This document shows positions 10,208-19,154 of a DNA stretch of 64,000 bases, in pieces. The position numbers were made by a program, and so were the translations under genes. How positions within the stretch are numbered: position 1 is the first letter of the stretch; each line of letters begins with the position of its first letter. A model generated the notes under the pieces. The model did no database searches. It was not told the origin of the DNA and saw only the letters and a program-made list of their open reading frames with translations. This stretch comes from Spirochaetia bacterium (GTDB taxonomy: Bacteria > Spirochaetota > Spirochaetia > DSM-16054 > Sediminispirochaetaceae). The stretch spans positions 96,001 to 160,000 of the forward strand of contig JAXHMY010000007.1 of NCBI GenBank assembly GCA_034520965.1, written 5' to 3'.

Positions 10208-11931
10208 TACGCCTCTCCTTCGGTGAGTTCGAGTAAATTTCGGCCGGTAACCATGGGATACACGTGCTCTTCTTCGCCGATTTTGCAGTCGATAACGGTT
10301 ACCCCCTCAGCCTGTGCGGCAGTGGTAACCGCTTTCTGCAGCTCAGTTTCAGAGGCGGCCCGATCTCCGCGGCAGCCGAAATTTTCGGCCAAGCGATCAA
10401 ATTGAATATCCTGACTAAAGCGGCTGACATCGAAGCGGCTACTGTAAAAGCCGTCCTGCAGCTGCTGAATCATCCCCAGACGACGGTCGTTCATTACCAG
10501 CACCGTTAAATTAATTCCTGCTTCAGCGGCGGTGACCAGCTCTTGAATATTCATCAGGAAGGAGCCGTCTCCGGTAATCAGTACTACCTTTTTTTCAGGT
10601 TGTGCAAGGGCTGCCCCGATTGCTGCCGGAAGGCCGAAGCCCATGGTTCCCAGCCCTCCGCTGGTGATAAAATTACGGCCGGCGGCCACTGGAAAGTGCT
10701 GGGCCGCAAAAATCTGATGCCGTCCTACATCGGTAACCAGCAGGGCATTCGGAAAGGCCTCGGCGGCAGCAGCCAAAGCAATTGGAGTGGTAAGTCGTTC
10801 TTGATCGAAACTTTTGCTAGTGGATTTGCCGTTCTTCCCATTGTTGCCGGACTGTCTTTGTTCAAGCAGTCCGGCGGTCCACGTTGCCCGCGGATGCTCG
10901 GTGTGCGGTTGGGAATCTGATGAGTCCGAAAGTAGAGAGGTAAGGCGGGGAAGAATATCGGCGATGTCTCCGACTATCGGCAGGTAGGCGGGCACATTTT
11001 TACCGATTTCGGCAGGGTCTACATCGATATGGATGATCTTTGCATCCCGGGCAAAGGTGGCCAAGGGCCCGGTTGATCGGTCGCCAAAACGGGTGCCGAT
11101 TGCCAGGATAAGGTCGGATTTAGAGACGGCGGTGTTGGCAGCTCTGCTACCGTGATATCCGAACAAGCCCAAGTTAAGGGGGTTGTAATTATCGAAGGCA
11201 GACTTACCCATTAAAGTGTGAACCACCGGTATCCCAAGGTTTTTCACGAAATCGGCAACATCGGTATATGTGTTAGAGGAGATAATGCCACCACCGGCGA
11301 TAATAACCGGCCGCTGGGCTTCGCGCAGCACCGCAGCGGCCCGCTTTATCTGGCCCGGGTGCCCTTTAGTGGTTGGGTTATACCCTTCCAAAACCCTGCG
11401 CTTCTCGTGCTGGTTGGCAAATTCATCGGTCTGTACATCCTTAGGAATATCTACCAGCACCGGCCCTCGGCGGCCGGTTCCAGCCAGGAAAAAAGCCTCT
11501 TCGATAGTCGGGGCTACCTGTGGGGCGGATTGGACTAGATAGTTATGCTTGGTAATGGGCATGGTGATTCCGGTTATGTCTACCTCCTGAAAAGCATCAT
11601 TGCCGATCATTGTACGGGAAACCTGCCCGGTGATTGCCAGCATAGGCGATGAGTCCATGTAGGCGGTGGCTATACCGGTGACCAGGTTTGTGGCGCCGGG
11701 TCCGCTGGTGGCCATACAGACCCCGGTTTTCCCGCTCGCCCGGGCATAGCCGTCGGCCATATGGGCGGCTCCCTGTTCATGGCGGGCTTGGATGTGACGG
11801 ATTGTCGACCGTTGCAGTGCCTCATAGATAGGCAGGTTCGCACCGCCTGGATACCCGAATATGATTTCCGTCCCGGCCTTCTCTAATGTTCGTACCAGTG
11901 CTTTTGCCCCGGTTGATTTACCCTTCTTCAC
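10207..11931 (-). CDS. ilvB: Acetolactate synthase large subunit
   Basis: FGYPGGA, RHEQGAAHMADGYAR, TSGPGATN, SGGLGTMGFGLPAAIGA, GDGSFLMN TPP motif. Confidence 0.96.
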   Translation of the reverse strand: MKKGKSTGAKALVRTLEKAGTEIIFGYPGGANLPIYEALQRSTIRHIQARHEQGAAHMADGYARASGKTGVCMATSGPGATNLVTGIATAYMDSSPMLAITGQVSRTMIGNDAFQEVDITGITMPITKHNYLVQSAPQVAPTIEEAFFLAGTGRRGPVLVDIPKDVQTDEFANQHEKRRVLEGYNPTTKGHPGQIKRAAAVLREAQRPVIIAGGGIISSNTYTDVADFVKNLGIPVVHTLMGKSAFDNYNPLNLGLFGYHGSRAANTAVSKSDLILAIGTRFGDRSTGPLATFARDAKIIHIDVDPAEIGKNVPAYLPIVGDIADILPRLTSLLSDSSDSQPHTEHPRATWTAGLLEQRQSGNNGKNGKSTSKSFDQERLTTPIALAAAAEAFPNALLVTDVGRHQIFAAQHFPVAAGRNFITSGGLGTMGFGLPAAIGAALAQPEKKVVLITGDGSFLMNIQELVTAAEAGINLTVLVMNDRRLGMIQQLQDGFYSSRFDVSRFSQDIQFDRLAENFGCRGDRAASETELQKAVTTAAQAEGVTVIDCKIGEEEHVYPMVTGRNLLELTEGEA

Positions 11932-11996
11932 ACAATACCTCCTTGTGTCTGTTCGACCTGTTTCAAGGGAGGCGGATAGACTGGTGATTGGAGCAT

Positions 11997-12030
11997 AAAA
12001 AAAGGCCCGTCGCCGGAGGGCGACAGGCCT
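11997..12030 (-). terminator. Attenuator (intrinsic terminator) upstream of ilvB
   Basis: Minus strand AGGCCTGTCGCC-CTCC-GGCGACGGGCCT followed by a T run; 12-bp stem with one G-U pair. Confidence 0.9.
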
Positions 12031-12051
12031 GTAATATACTCTTTGTACAGC

Positions 12052-12168
12052 CTAACCGCTACCCGACGGTTTGAAAAAACCCGGAACCAGTACGAGGACG
12101 ACAACTAGTAGAACGACACGCAGCAGAGTTGTGGGTAGTAGTTGTGTTCTGTTGTCTAAATTTCTCAT
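12052..12168 (-). CDS. ilvBN leader peptide (38 aa)
   Basis: Hand translation MRNLDNRTQLLPTTLLRVVLLVVVLVLVPGFFKPSGSG*; Leu/Val run with two CTA-CTA pairs; stop codon 21 nt before the terminator stem. Confidence 0.88.
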   Translation of the reverse strand: MRNLDNRTQLLPTTLLRVVLLVVVLVLVPGFFKPSGSG

Positions 12169-12238
12169 AATTCCGTTTTCCTTGGCAGTAACTATAGATA
12201 GAAACTGTACTGCTGTCAATAAATTCTATAGGAATAGT

Positions 12239-13045
12239 TCAACTTTTCTTTTCCCAAGTAGTGTTCATGAAGGCCGCATCTTCAGCTCGCTGGTTGTAGA
12301 GGTGATGATAGAAGGCGTTATGCTCTTCGTTTGGATAACAGCTGCAGGTAAGCTGGTCGCCGGTTACAGCCTCTTTATTGTACTTGATGTGCAGGCTGGT
12401 TATACCGTGGGTATTGCGGAACTCTAAGGGGATTGCCTCCAGCGCACCTCCCATGTAGCGTACGCTGTTGAGGTGGCCGTTAAAATCGATATCGTAGTTG
12501 TGGACCCGCTGGCTGAAAGTGGTGGCCGGCCCTTCGAAGGCGGTGATTTTGCGCAGCTGGACGTCCGGACAGGCTGATTCATTTACTTCGGTAAGGTGTT
12601 CGGCGATGTCGGGACGTCGGACCGGCCTCCGGCTCTCTTCATCAATAATCGACCAACTGCTGGTACCTCTGGCAAATACCTTTGGTGTGGGCGACGGCTT
12701 GTCCTCTACAGAAGTGCCCCTTTGAAAATTGCTGTTATAGAAACCTTCGTTCTGCAGCCCGCTAATTTCAAAATCGATAAAATATTGGATTCCGCGGATT
12801 TTGCGGGCCCAAATGGAGACATTCAGGTTAGTTCGCCATTTGGGGCGATCAAGGGTAAAGCTGGAGTACATTCCGGTGAGTATCCAGGACTGATTCTGTT
12901 TTTGTAAATCGTATGAGGCGTAGTTCATATCCGCCAGCCAGCTTGCCACGGTATCTTGAGCATAAGAACACAGGTGGTACGGCTTGATGCGGTATTCCGG
13001 ATCCATTTCAATAGTACGCACGGTGTAGGTGTTGGTGTATTTCAT
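12239..13045 (-). CDS. Acyl-ACP thioesterase (FatA-like)
   Basis: Double hot-dog pattern; YDIDFNGHLNSVRY motif. Confidence 0.88.
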   Translation of the reverse strand: MKYTNTYTVRTIEMDPEYRIKPYHLCSYAQDTVASWLADMNYASYDLQKQNQSWILTGMYSSFTLDRPKWRTNLNVSIWARKIRGIQYFIDFEISGLQNEGFYNSNFQRGTSVEDKPSPTPKVFARGTSSWSIIDEESRRPVRRPDIAEHLTEVNESACPDVQLRKITAFEGPATTFSQRVHNYDIDFNGHLNSVRYMGGALEAIPLEFRNTHGITSLHIKYNKEAVTGDQLTCSCYPNEEHNAFYHHLYNQRAEDAAFMNTTWEKKS

Positions 13046-13245
13046 TCTATCTCCTTACTTTTTTATAGCTGCCTTCGCAACACTTATGGTAGGTGGAATT
13101 GTAGAGAGATTCCCCGTTTTTGAAAAGTCCGGCTTTGGCTGTACCAGAGACCGCCGGAGAAGCAGTTTCAGCGATTCTAAGAATAGCTGAAACTGTTTGC
13201 CTTTCCGGTGCAAGATTACTAATTTTGAATGATAGGAGGAATCTA

Positions 13246-13677
13246 ATGAACACGAGTAAAATAGTAAAGCAAATTATTCTGGTATTGTTTCTGGTCGCTC
13301 TTGGGGCGTGTGCGGCAGAATCGGGAAATATAGCCGAAAAAAATATGGAAGACAGCACTTCAGAGAGTGCAGATTATAAGGATCCGGAGGCACTTGCACG
13401 GTTAATTGAAGAGGGGGAGACGGAGCATATTGTGGTGGATGTGCGGACTCCTGCAGAATATGCCGACGGGCATATTCCTTCGGCAATAAATATTCCCGTC
13501 AGCGAAATTGGAGGACAGCCGCCCTCAGTTCCAAAGGACAGTTTGGTGGTGGTATATTGCCGCAGCGGAGCCCGTTCAAGCCGTGCTGCCGAAAGTTTGC
13601 AATCTCTGGGCTACACAAGGGTAGTGGATTTTGGGGGTATCTCTCGCTGGGATGGAGAGACAGTAACTGGGGAGTGA
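13246..13677 (+). CDS. Rhodanese-like domain lipoprotein
   Basis: AGGAGG RBS; lipobox LGAC; VDVRTPAEYADGHIPSAINIP, VYCRSGARS. Confidence 0.9.
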   Translation: MNTSKIVKQIILVLFLVALGACAAESGNIAEKNMEDSTSESADYKDPEALARLIEEGETEHIVVDVRTPAEYADGHIPSAINIPVSEIGGQPPSVPKDSLVVVYCRSGARSSRAAESLQSLGYTRVVDFGGISRWDGETVTGE

Positions 13678-13683
13678 TGGAGT

Positions 13684-14034
13684 ATGCATGAACTGGGAAT
13701 TACCCATGAGATTTTGGAGATAGTCCTTCGGTATGCACGGCGGCACCGGGTGACACAGGTAAGCAAGGTTCAGCTCGAAATTGGAGAGCTCAGTGATCTT
13801 GAACAGGAGTGGATCCAGCACTATTTTGATGCTATCAGCCGCGGAAGCGTGGCTGAAGGGGCCAGGATCGAAGTAAAAAAACTGCCGTGTCGCTTTTTCT
13901 GTCGTGAGTGTGGAAACGAGTTTGTTGCAACTTTAACAAACGATGAGCCGCTTATATGCTACGGATGTGGATCGGAGGCGGTAGAGATGATTTCGGGGTC
14001 CGAGTATACTGTAAAGAGTATGGAGGCAACATGA
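13684..14034 (+). CDS. hypA: Nickel metallochaperone HypA
   Basis: N-terminal MHE; two CxxC motifs (CREC, CYGC). Confidence 0.93.
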   Translation: MHELGITHEILEIVLRYARRHRVTQVSKVQLEIGELSDLEQEWIQHYFDAISRGSVAEGARIEVKKLPCRFFCRECGNEFVATLTNDEPLICYGCGSEAVEMISGSEYTVKSMEAT

Positions 14035-14702
14035 GGGAAGTAAGACTTATACAGATTGAGGAAGATATTCAGGCCGATAACCGTCTAGAGGCGGCGAAGG
14101 TACGCAGCCGCCTGGCGGAAGCGGGAACCTTTATGCTGAATCTGATGTCCTCGCCGGGTTCAGGGAAAACCAGCCTAATTTTGAGGACTATAGAAGCTGT
14201 GCAGTCCATGAGGACTCCGGCAATAGGAATGGCGGTTATAGAGGCGGATATGGACTCTCAGGTGGATGCCGAGACTATTATCGATGCCGGGGTTCCAGCG
14301 GTGCAGCTGCGAACCGGCGGCTTTTGTCATGTGGACTCTTATATGGTGGCAAAAACCCTTCCGAGCCTCGATTTAGAGCCCACCGACCTGCTTATTCTGG
14401 AAAATGTGGGAAACCTCATTTGTCCCGCCCAGTCGGATACCGGGGCCAATGCTAATGTCATGATATTGAGTGTTCCCGAGGGGGATGATAAACCCCTCAA
14501 GTATCCTGTGATGTTTCGAGAGTGCGAGGCGCTGGTGGTGAACAAGGCCGATTACCTGCAGATGGGGGATTTTGATATGGACAGCCTCCGTCGGCGGGCA
14601 AAAAAGCTGAACCCGGAGATTGAAATATTTGAAGTGTCCTGCAAAACCGGTGCCGGTGTGCAGCAGTGGGCGGAGTGGCTGCTTGAGAGGATCGGCAGAT
14701 AA
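14031..14702 (+). CDS. hypB: Nickel incorporation GTPase HypB
   Basis: SSPGSGKT, TGGFCH, ENVGNLICPA, PEGDDKPLKYP; ATGA overlap with hypA. Confidence 0.95.
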   Translation: MREVRLIQIEEDIQADNRLEAAKVRSRLAEAGTFMLNLMSSPGSGKTSLILRTIEAVQSMRTPAIGMAVIEADMDSQVDAETIIDAGVPAVQLRTGGFCHVDSYMVAKTLPSLDLEPTDLLILENVGNLICPAQSDTGANANVMILSVPEGDDKPLKYPVMFRECEALVVNKADYLQMGDFDMDSLRRRAKKLNPEIEIFEVSCKTGAGVQQWAEWLLERIGR

Positions 14703-14712
14703 GGCTCTCTTT

Positions 14713-15879
14713 TCAAACCCGCATACCTAAACCGGCTTTAATTAACAGGCCGGTTGCCCGCAGAAAGCCGAAACGGCCGTACAGCATCCTGACATACATT
14801 TCCATTGCACTTCCCGGAGGGGCTTGGTGCTTTTTGTGTGCCCGCAGCGTGATGGCCCCTGAGGGGCAGGCTCCAACACAAAGTCCGCAGCCGATACAGC
14901 GTTCCGGCGCTACCATTGCTTTGCCTTTGGTGCTTTTGGAGCTGCTTGTAAGAGAGAGGGCATCCATGGGACAGCGGGGCACACAGAGCCCGCAGCCGAT
15001 GCATGCAGCCGGGTCGATACGGGCGGAGTAGTTTGACTGCAGGAACTTCCCGGGGTTGGGCAGCTTTTTGGCCCGTGAGAGGATGGCACAGCAGCAGCTG
15101 CAGCAGCAGCAGATGAACACCGGTTGTCTGGTGTTCTGGGCCTGCAGTACCAGGCCTTCAGCTTCAGCCTGCTGTAAATAGTCCAGGGTCTCTTGCTTGC
15201 TCAGCTGCGGGCCTCGCTGCTCCTTGATGACCTGGGTGGCGGCGCTTCCGAGGGCCAAACAGGTTTGCTTCAGATTGGTCTGTCGGCACTGCTGTCCCAA
15301 AAGCTCACGCCCCTGCCGGCAGACACAGTTTTGTAGGGCAAAGGGGCCGGGGGAGAGTTCAATGACCCGCCGAATGCTGTCGTAGTGACTGACCGCGCGG
15401 TCGGGGAGGATCTGCTCGTTGATGGGGATGGTGCGCATTTGTCGCGGCTGCTCGCGTAAGAACTCATGCATAAAGGTCGAGTTCATATAGGCTTCAGCCT
15501 CCTGTTCGAAGCCGCGGGTAAGCCGGTCTACCTGAAACTCGTACAGCCCCACTGCAAAGGGAAGCTTCCCGTACACCCGGACAGGACGGCCCCGTTTTTT
15601 TACCAGGGCACTATTGACGGCCTTTTTCTCTGCCAGGTTTTCCAGCAACCCTTGAACGCTAGAGAGGGGCAGGCGGTAGCCGGTACGGCTCAGCCGCCGG
15701 TGGATTTTGCGGGCCGGCTCGGGGAGCATACTTAGGCAAAGGGCAATTCTAGCCTCCTCCTCGGTATAAAAGCGTTTGAGAATATCTATTTCTATGCCCG
15801 ACTCGGACCGGGGGAATGCGACGGGCATTACGTCGAGGTGGGCTTGCAGTGTCCGGTATAGCTGCTCGGTGGTTTTCAT
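14713..15879 (-). CDS. 4Fe-4S dicluster-binding protein with Cys-rich central region
   Basis: Two CxxCxxCxxxCP motifs; CVCR and ICCCCSCCC motifs. Confidence 0.85.
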   Translation of the reverse strand: MKTTEQLYRTLQAHLDVMPVAFPRSESGIEIDILKRFYTEEEARIALCLSMLPEPARKIHRRLSRTGYRLPLSSVQGLLENLAEKKAVNSALVKKRGRPVRVYGKLPFAVGLYEFQVDRLTRGFEQEAEAYMNSTFMHEFLREQPRQMRTIPINEQILPDRAVSHYDSIRRVIELSPGPFALQNCVCRQGRELLGQQCRQTNLKQTCLALGSAATQVIKEQRGPQLSKQETLDYLQQAEAEGLVLQAQNTRQPVFICCCCSCCCAILSRAKKLPNPGKFLQSNYSARIDPAACIGCGLCVPRCPMDALSLTSSSKSTKGKAMVAPERCIGCGLCVGACPSGAITLRAHKKHQAPPGSAMEMYVRMLYGRFGFLRATGLLIKAGLGMRV

Positions 15880-15999
15880 AAACAGGTTTAGTGTAATAGC
15901 TGCCCACCGGAGTGTCTACTGCAGGGGGATGGGCAGTTAGACTGGATCGTTGCCCGGCTGCTTTTGAACGGGGCCACAGAGCTGCCAAAGAGCATCTGT

Positions 16000-16044
16000 A
16001 AAAAAAATAAAAAAAAGGGAGGGTACCCATACCGAGCCCCTCCC
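16000..16044 (-). terminator. Intrinsic terminator downstream of the Dps-like gene
   Basis: Minus strand GGGAGGGGCTC...GGGTACCCTCCC followed by a long T tract. Confidence 0.8.
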
Positions 16045-16059
16045 ATGCGCGTTCAGCAG

Positions 16060-16611
16060 TTATTTGAGGAATTTGCTGACAAAGGGGGAGGTTTGTCCTT
16101 CGCGCATAAAGTGGCCTGAAGGGCCTTCGCCTAGGAATTCGGAGAACCATGATTCGTGCTCGATCTCTTCGTTCAGTATTGCCTGGGCGAGATCGTAGGT
16201 GCGGTGGTCCTTGCCGGCGGTGAGGTTGCAGATTTCCGTGTAGCCCCGGACTGCGCAGCGCTCGGCCTCGACCAGTACTTTCATGATGGCTTTTACATCA
16301 CTGGGGTCGGAGGGCAGGGATGCCGGCGGGCAGGCGGAGATGTCGTGGAAATCGACCATGTTGCCCGGCAGTTCGCCGCCAAGCTCGTAAATGCGGGGAA
16401 CCAGTGCCTCGAAATGATTCCGATCTTCGATGCGTGCGACTTCCGCAATTTCCTTGAGTCCTTCACCTTCAAGTCCGATGAGGTTTACCCGTAGGATTGT
16501 GTAATAGTAAAATGTTGTCAGTTCTGCGGATGCGTTTTTCACAAGTAGATCTACCAGTTGATCTACATCAACTCCAGCCTGTTCGACAACTTCTCTTGTA
16601 ACTCTAGCCAT
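16060..16611 (-). CDS. dps: DPS-like (DpsL) ferritin-superfamily antioxidant protein
   Basis: AELTTFYYY, EDRNHFE, EEIEHE di-iron ligands; Cys pair (SACPP/AERCA) typical of DPSL. Confidence 0.88.
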   Translation of the reverse strand: MARVTREVVEQAGVDVDQLVDLLVKNASAELTTFYYYTILRVNLIGLEGEGLKEIAEVARIEDRNHFEALVPRIYELGGELPGNMVDFHDISACPPASLPSDPSDVKAIMKVLVEAERCAVRGYTEICNLTAGKDHRTYDLAQAILNEEIEHESWFSEFLGEGPSGHFMREGQTSPFVSKFLK

Positions 16612-16659
16612 ATTCGGCCTCCTTAATTATTTTGGCGACGGGGTCGCCGTTTTATATAA

Positions 16660-16686
16660 TAAGAATAATAATAGGTATTATTCTTA
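16660..16686. promoter_or_regulatory. Putative PerR/Fur operator upstream of dps
   Basis: Inverted repeat TAAGAATAATA-N5-TATTATTCTTA; shares half-site TAAGAAT with the palindrome upstream of the regulator gene. Confidence 0.7.
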
Positions 16687-16786
16687 AATATTCTCTATTT
16701 CTATAGGCTTCTCTTGGCCTTCATCGCTGCTCGCTGGCTTGTTCCAGCCCTTTAGTTTCTAAATTTTAGTTCCTGAACTTGTATTC

Positions 16787-17191
16787 CTATTCCTTTGCGG
16801 CTGCATTTAAATTTCTGCAGTGCTCGCAGAGTCCGTAAAAATCGAGTCGGTGGTTGTGAACTTCAAAGCCGGTTTGACTTGATACCTTGCGCTCTATATT
16901 TTCATCAAAGGGAATGTCCAGATCGCGGATAGCACCGCAGTTTTCACAAATAAAGTGATAGTGTTTAGCGGTATTGGCATCGAAATGATCGGTTGCATCA
17001 TCAAAGCGAACATTTTTTAGCTTCCCCTCGGAGACCAAAATATTCAGGTTTCGGTATACCGTGCCGATGGCCACTTTAGGATGCTCCTGCCGCAGCCGGT
17101 CATGTACCCAGGCGGCGGTGGGGTGGGAACCGGTATGTTCGAGTAAATGAAGAATCCTTTCCCGTAAATCACTCTTGTTCAGTCGAGCCAC
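16787..17191 (-). CDS. Fur-family transcriptional repressor, PerR-like
   Basis: HPTA, GTVYRNL, HYHFICENCG, CEHC; adjacent to dps. Confidence 0.9.
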   Translation of the reverse strand: MARLNKSDLRERILHLLEHTGSHPTAAWVHDRLRQEHPKVAIGTVYRNLNILVSEGKLKNVRFDDATDHFDANTAKHYHFICENCGAIRDLDIPFDENIERKVSSQTGFEVHNHRLDFYGLCEHCRNLNAAAKE

Positions 17192-17231
17192 TGTGTATCC
17201 GCCTTTACTATAGTGCCCTTATCTTTATAAA

Positions 17232-17258
17232 TAAAAATAAGAATTATTCTTATTTTTA
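17232..17258. promoter_or_regulatory. Putative PerR/Fur autoregulatory operator
   Basis: Perfect 13-1-13 palindrome TAAAAATAAGAAT-T-ATTCTTATTTTTA 40 bp upstream of the regulator start. Confidence 0.75.
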
Positions 17259-17392
17259 GTATAAGGCCAATGTCTCTTCGGGTCAATGAAAATTGCATAC
17301 ATTTTACTTTTTTCTTGCCCGTCGCCCTAAGCGGGTTTAACATCTTCTCGAAGTAGTACTAAACTATCCTAGTATTCAGCCCGGAGATAGCT

Positions 17393-18394
17393 ATGGAACA
17401 CACAATTTACGTTATTTTTAACCCAACCGCCGATCATGGTAAGGCACTGAAACATGTATCGCAGATTGAGGCCAGTTTGGATAGGCATAACATCGTTTAC
17501 AAGTTAGAGTTGACCCGCAGTTCCGGGCATGCCATTAAACTTGCTCGGGAAGCGGCCCGTCAATCTGTTGAAAACTATCGTGCGGGAAGGGCAGGGTTGA
17601 AGGCTGTTGTGGCCGCCGGTGGTGACGGGACGGTAAATGAGGTAATCAACGGGCTGATGGAAGCAAATGCGGACCTGAACATGTCCGGTCCGCAGGTTGA
17701 GTTTCCCGCTCTGGGGGTAATTCCCGTCGGACGGGGGAACGATTTTGCCTACGGGGCGGGGGTTGTTCATGACCTTGAGAAGGCCTGCCGGCTGTTGAAG
17801 GGTGAGAAGCGGTACGATATGGATGTGGGAGTTGTAAGGGGCGGGCTGTTTCCGCAAGGCAGATACTTCGGCAACGGTATCGGCATTGGGTTTGATACTC
17901 TAGTCGGGCTCGAGGCGGCAAAAGTAGCCTGGATACCCGGATCTTTGGGGTATGTGTACGGAGCCCTGAAAACTTTGATGGTTTATCCGCAGTCTCCGAT
18001 TGTTCGCCTCTTCTACGATGGCGGGGCTTCCGGAACCCAGAGAGTCGAGGTTCACAGTCAGCAGATATCCATTATGAACGGTAGACGCATGGGCGGGGCC
18101 TTTTTTATGGCCCCTGGGGGAATCAATTTTGATAAGATGCTCGACCTGTGTATGACAAGGGGCGAGCTGCGCCGGGGACAGTTGTTATCGGCCCTGGGCC
18201 AATACACCCGGGGTACTCAGGCCGGAAACCCCCACGTGTTAACCGACAGGGCGAAAACCTTTGAGATCGAATCCGATAAAGGGGGACTCGTATGCCACGC
18301 CGACGGCGAGACAGTGTGTACCGACGGGAAAAAACTGCAGGTTGAGTGTATTCCCCATGCGCTTCAAATGCTGGGCGAAGCCCGGGAGGGCTGA
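17393..18394 (+). CDS. Diacylglycerol/lipid kinase family protein (YegS/DgkB-like)
   Basis: NPTA, AAGGDGTVNEVING, PVGRGNDFA, GIGFD, HADGE. Confidence 0.92.
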   Translation: MEHTIYVIFNPTADHGKALKHVSQIEASLDRHNIVYKLELTRSSGHAIKLAREAARQSVENYRAGRAGLKAVVAAGGDGTVNEVINGLMEANADLNMSGPQVEFPALGVIPVGRGNDFAYGAGVVHDLEKACRLLKGEKRYDMDVGVVRGGLFPQGRYFGNGIGIGFDTLVGLEAAKVAWIPGSLGYVYGALKTLMVYPQSPIVRLFYDGGASGTQRVEVHSQQISIMNGRRMGGAFFMAPGGINFDKMLDLCMTRGELRRGQLLSALGQYTRGTQAGNPHVLTDRAKTFEIESDKGGLVCHADGETVCTDGKKLQVECIPHALQMLGEAREG

Positions 18395-18395
18395 G

Positions 18396-19100
18396 ATGGC
18401 GCGTGTGAAGATGAGCCTCTGGGGACATGGCGTAACCCGTGGAATCAAAGCCTTGCTTCATATGCTGTGCAGAATCACTAAAGAAGGTGTTGATGCTGTT
18501 CCGGACGAGGGACCACTGATTGTTGTGACGAATCATATTAATTTTTTAGAAGTCCCACTGATTTACACCCATCTGTATCCGCGCCCCAGTAGTTCGCTGG
18601 TAAAGGCGGAAACCTGGGAGAATCCGGTGCTGGGGCGGCTGGCTAACCTGTGGAGCGGGATTCCGCTTACCCGCAGAGCCACAGACTTTACGGCTTTGCG
18701 GAGCGCCGAGGCTCGGCTAAAGGAGGGGCAGCTGCTGTATGTGGCACCCGAGGGAACCCGCAGCTACACCGGCCTGCTGCAGCGGGGTAATCCGGGGGTG
18801 GTTACCCTGGCATTAAGGTCTGGAGCGACGATAGTTCCGGTAGTCCATTTTGGCGGAGAGAGGTTTTGGCACAATGCGAAGCGCCTTCGGCGAACTCCGG
18901 TTAGCCTGCGGGCGGGACGGCCCTTTCGTATAAAAGTACCCTCCGGAGGGGTGAACCGCCGGCTGCGGCAGGAGATTGTAGATGAGGTAATGACGTATAT
19001 GGCCTCACTTTTGCCGGAGGACTACCGGGGACATTATGCTGCAGAAGCCGGTAGCCCTCCCGGGAAGGTTGAGTATGAGTACCTTGAGTTCATGGAGTGA
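18396..19100 (+). CDS. Lysophospholipid acyltransferase (PlsC family)
   Basis: NHINFLE, APEGTRS motifs. Confidence 0.9.
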   Translation: MARVKMSLWGHGVTRGIKALLHMLCRITKEGVDAVPDEGPLIVVTNHINFLEVPLIYTHLYPRPSSSLVKAETWENPVLGRLANLWSGIPLTRRATDFTALRSAEARLKEGQLLYVAPEGTRSYTGLLQRGNPGVVTLALRSGATIVPVVHFGGERFWHNAKRLRRTPVSLRAGRPFRIKVPSGGVNRRLRQEIVDEVMTYMASLLPEDYRGHYAAEAGSPPGKVEYEYLEFME

Positions 19101-19154
19101 CTTTCTTCTAAATATTTTCTTGATTTTTCAAAAAATACCCCGTAGTGTTGAGCC

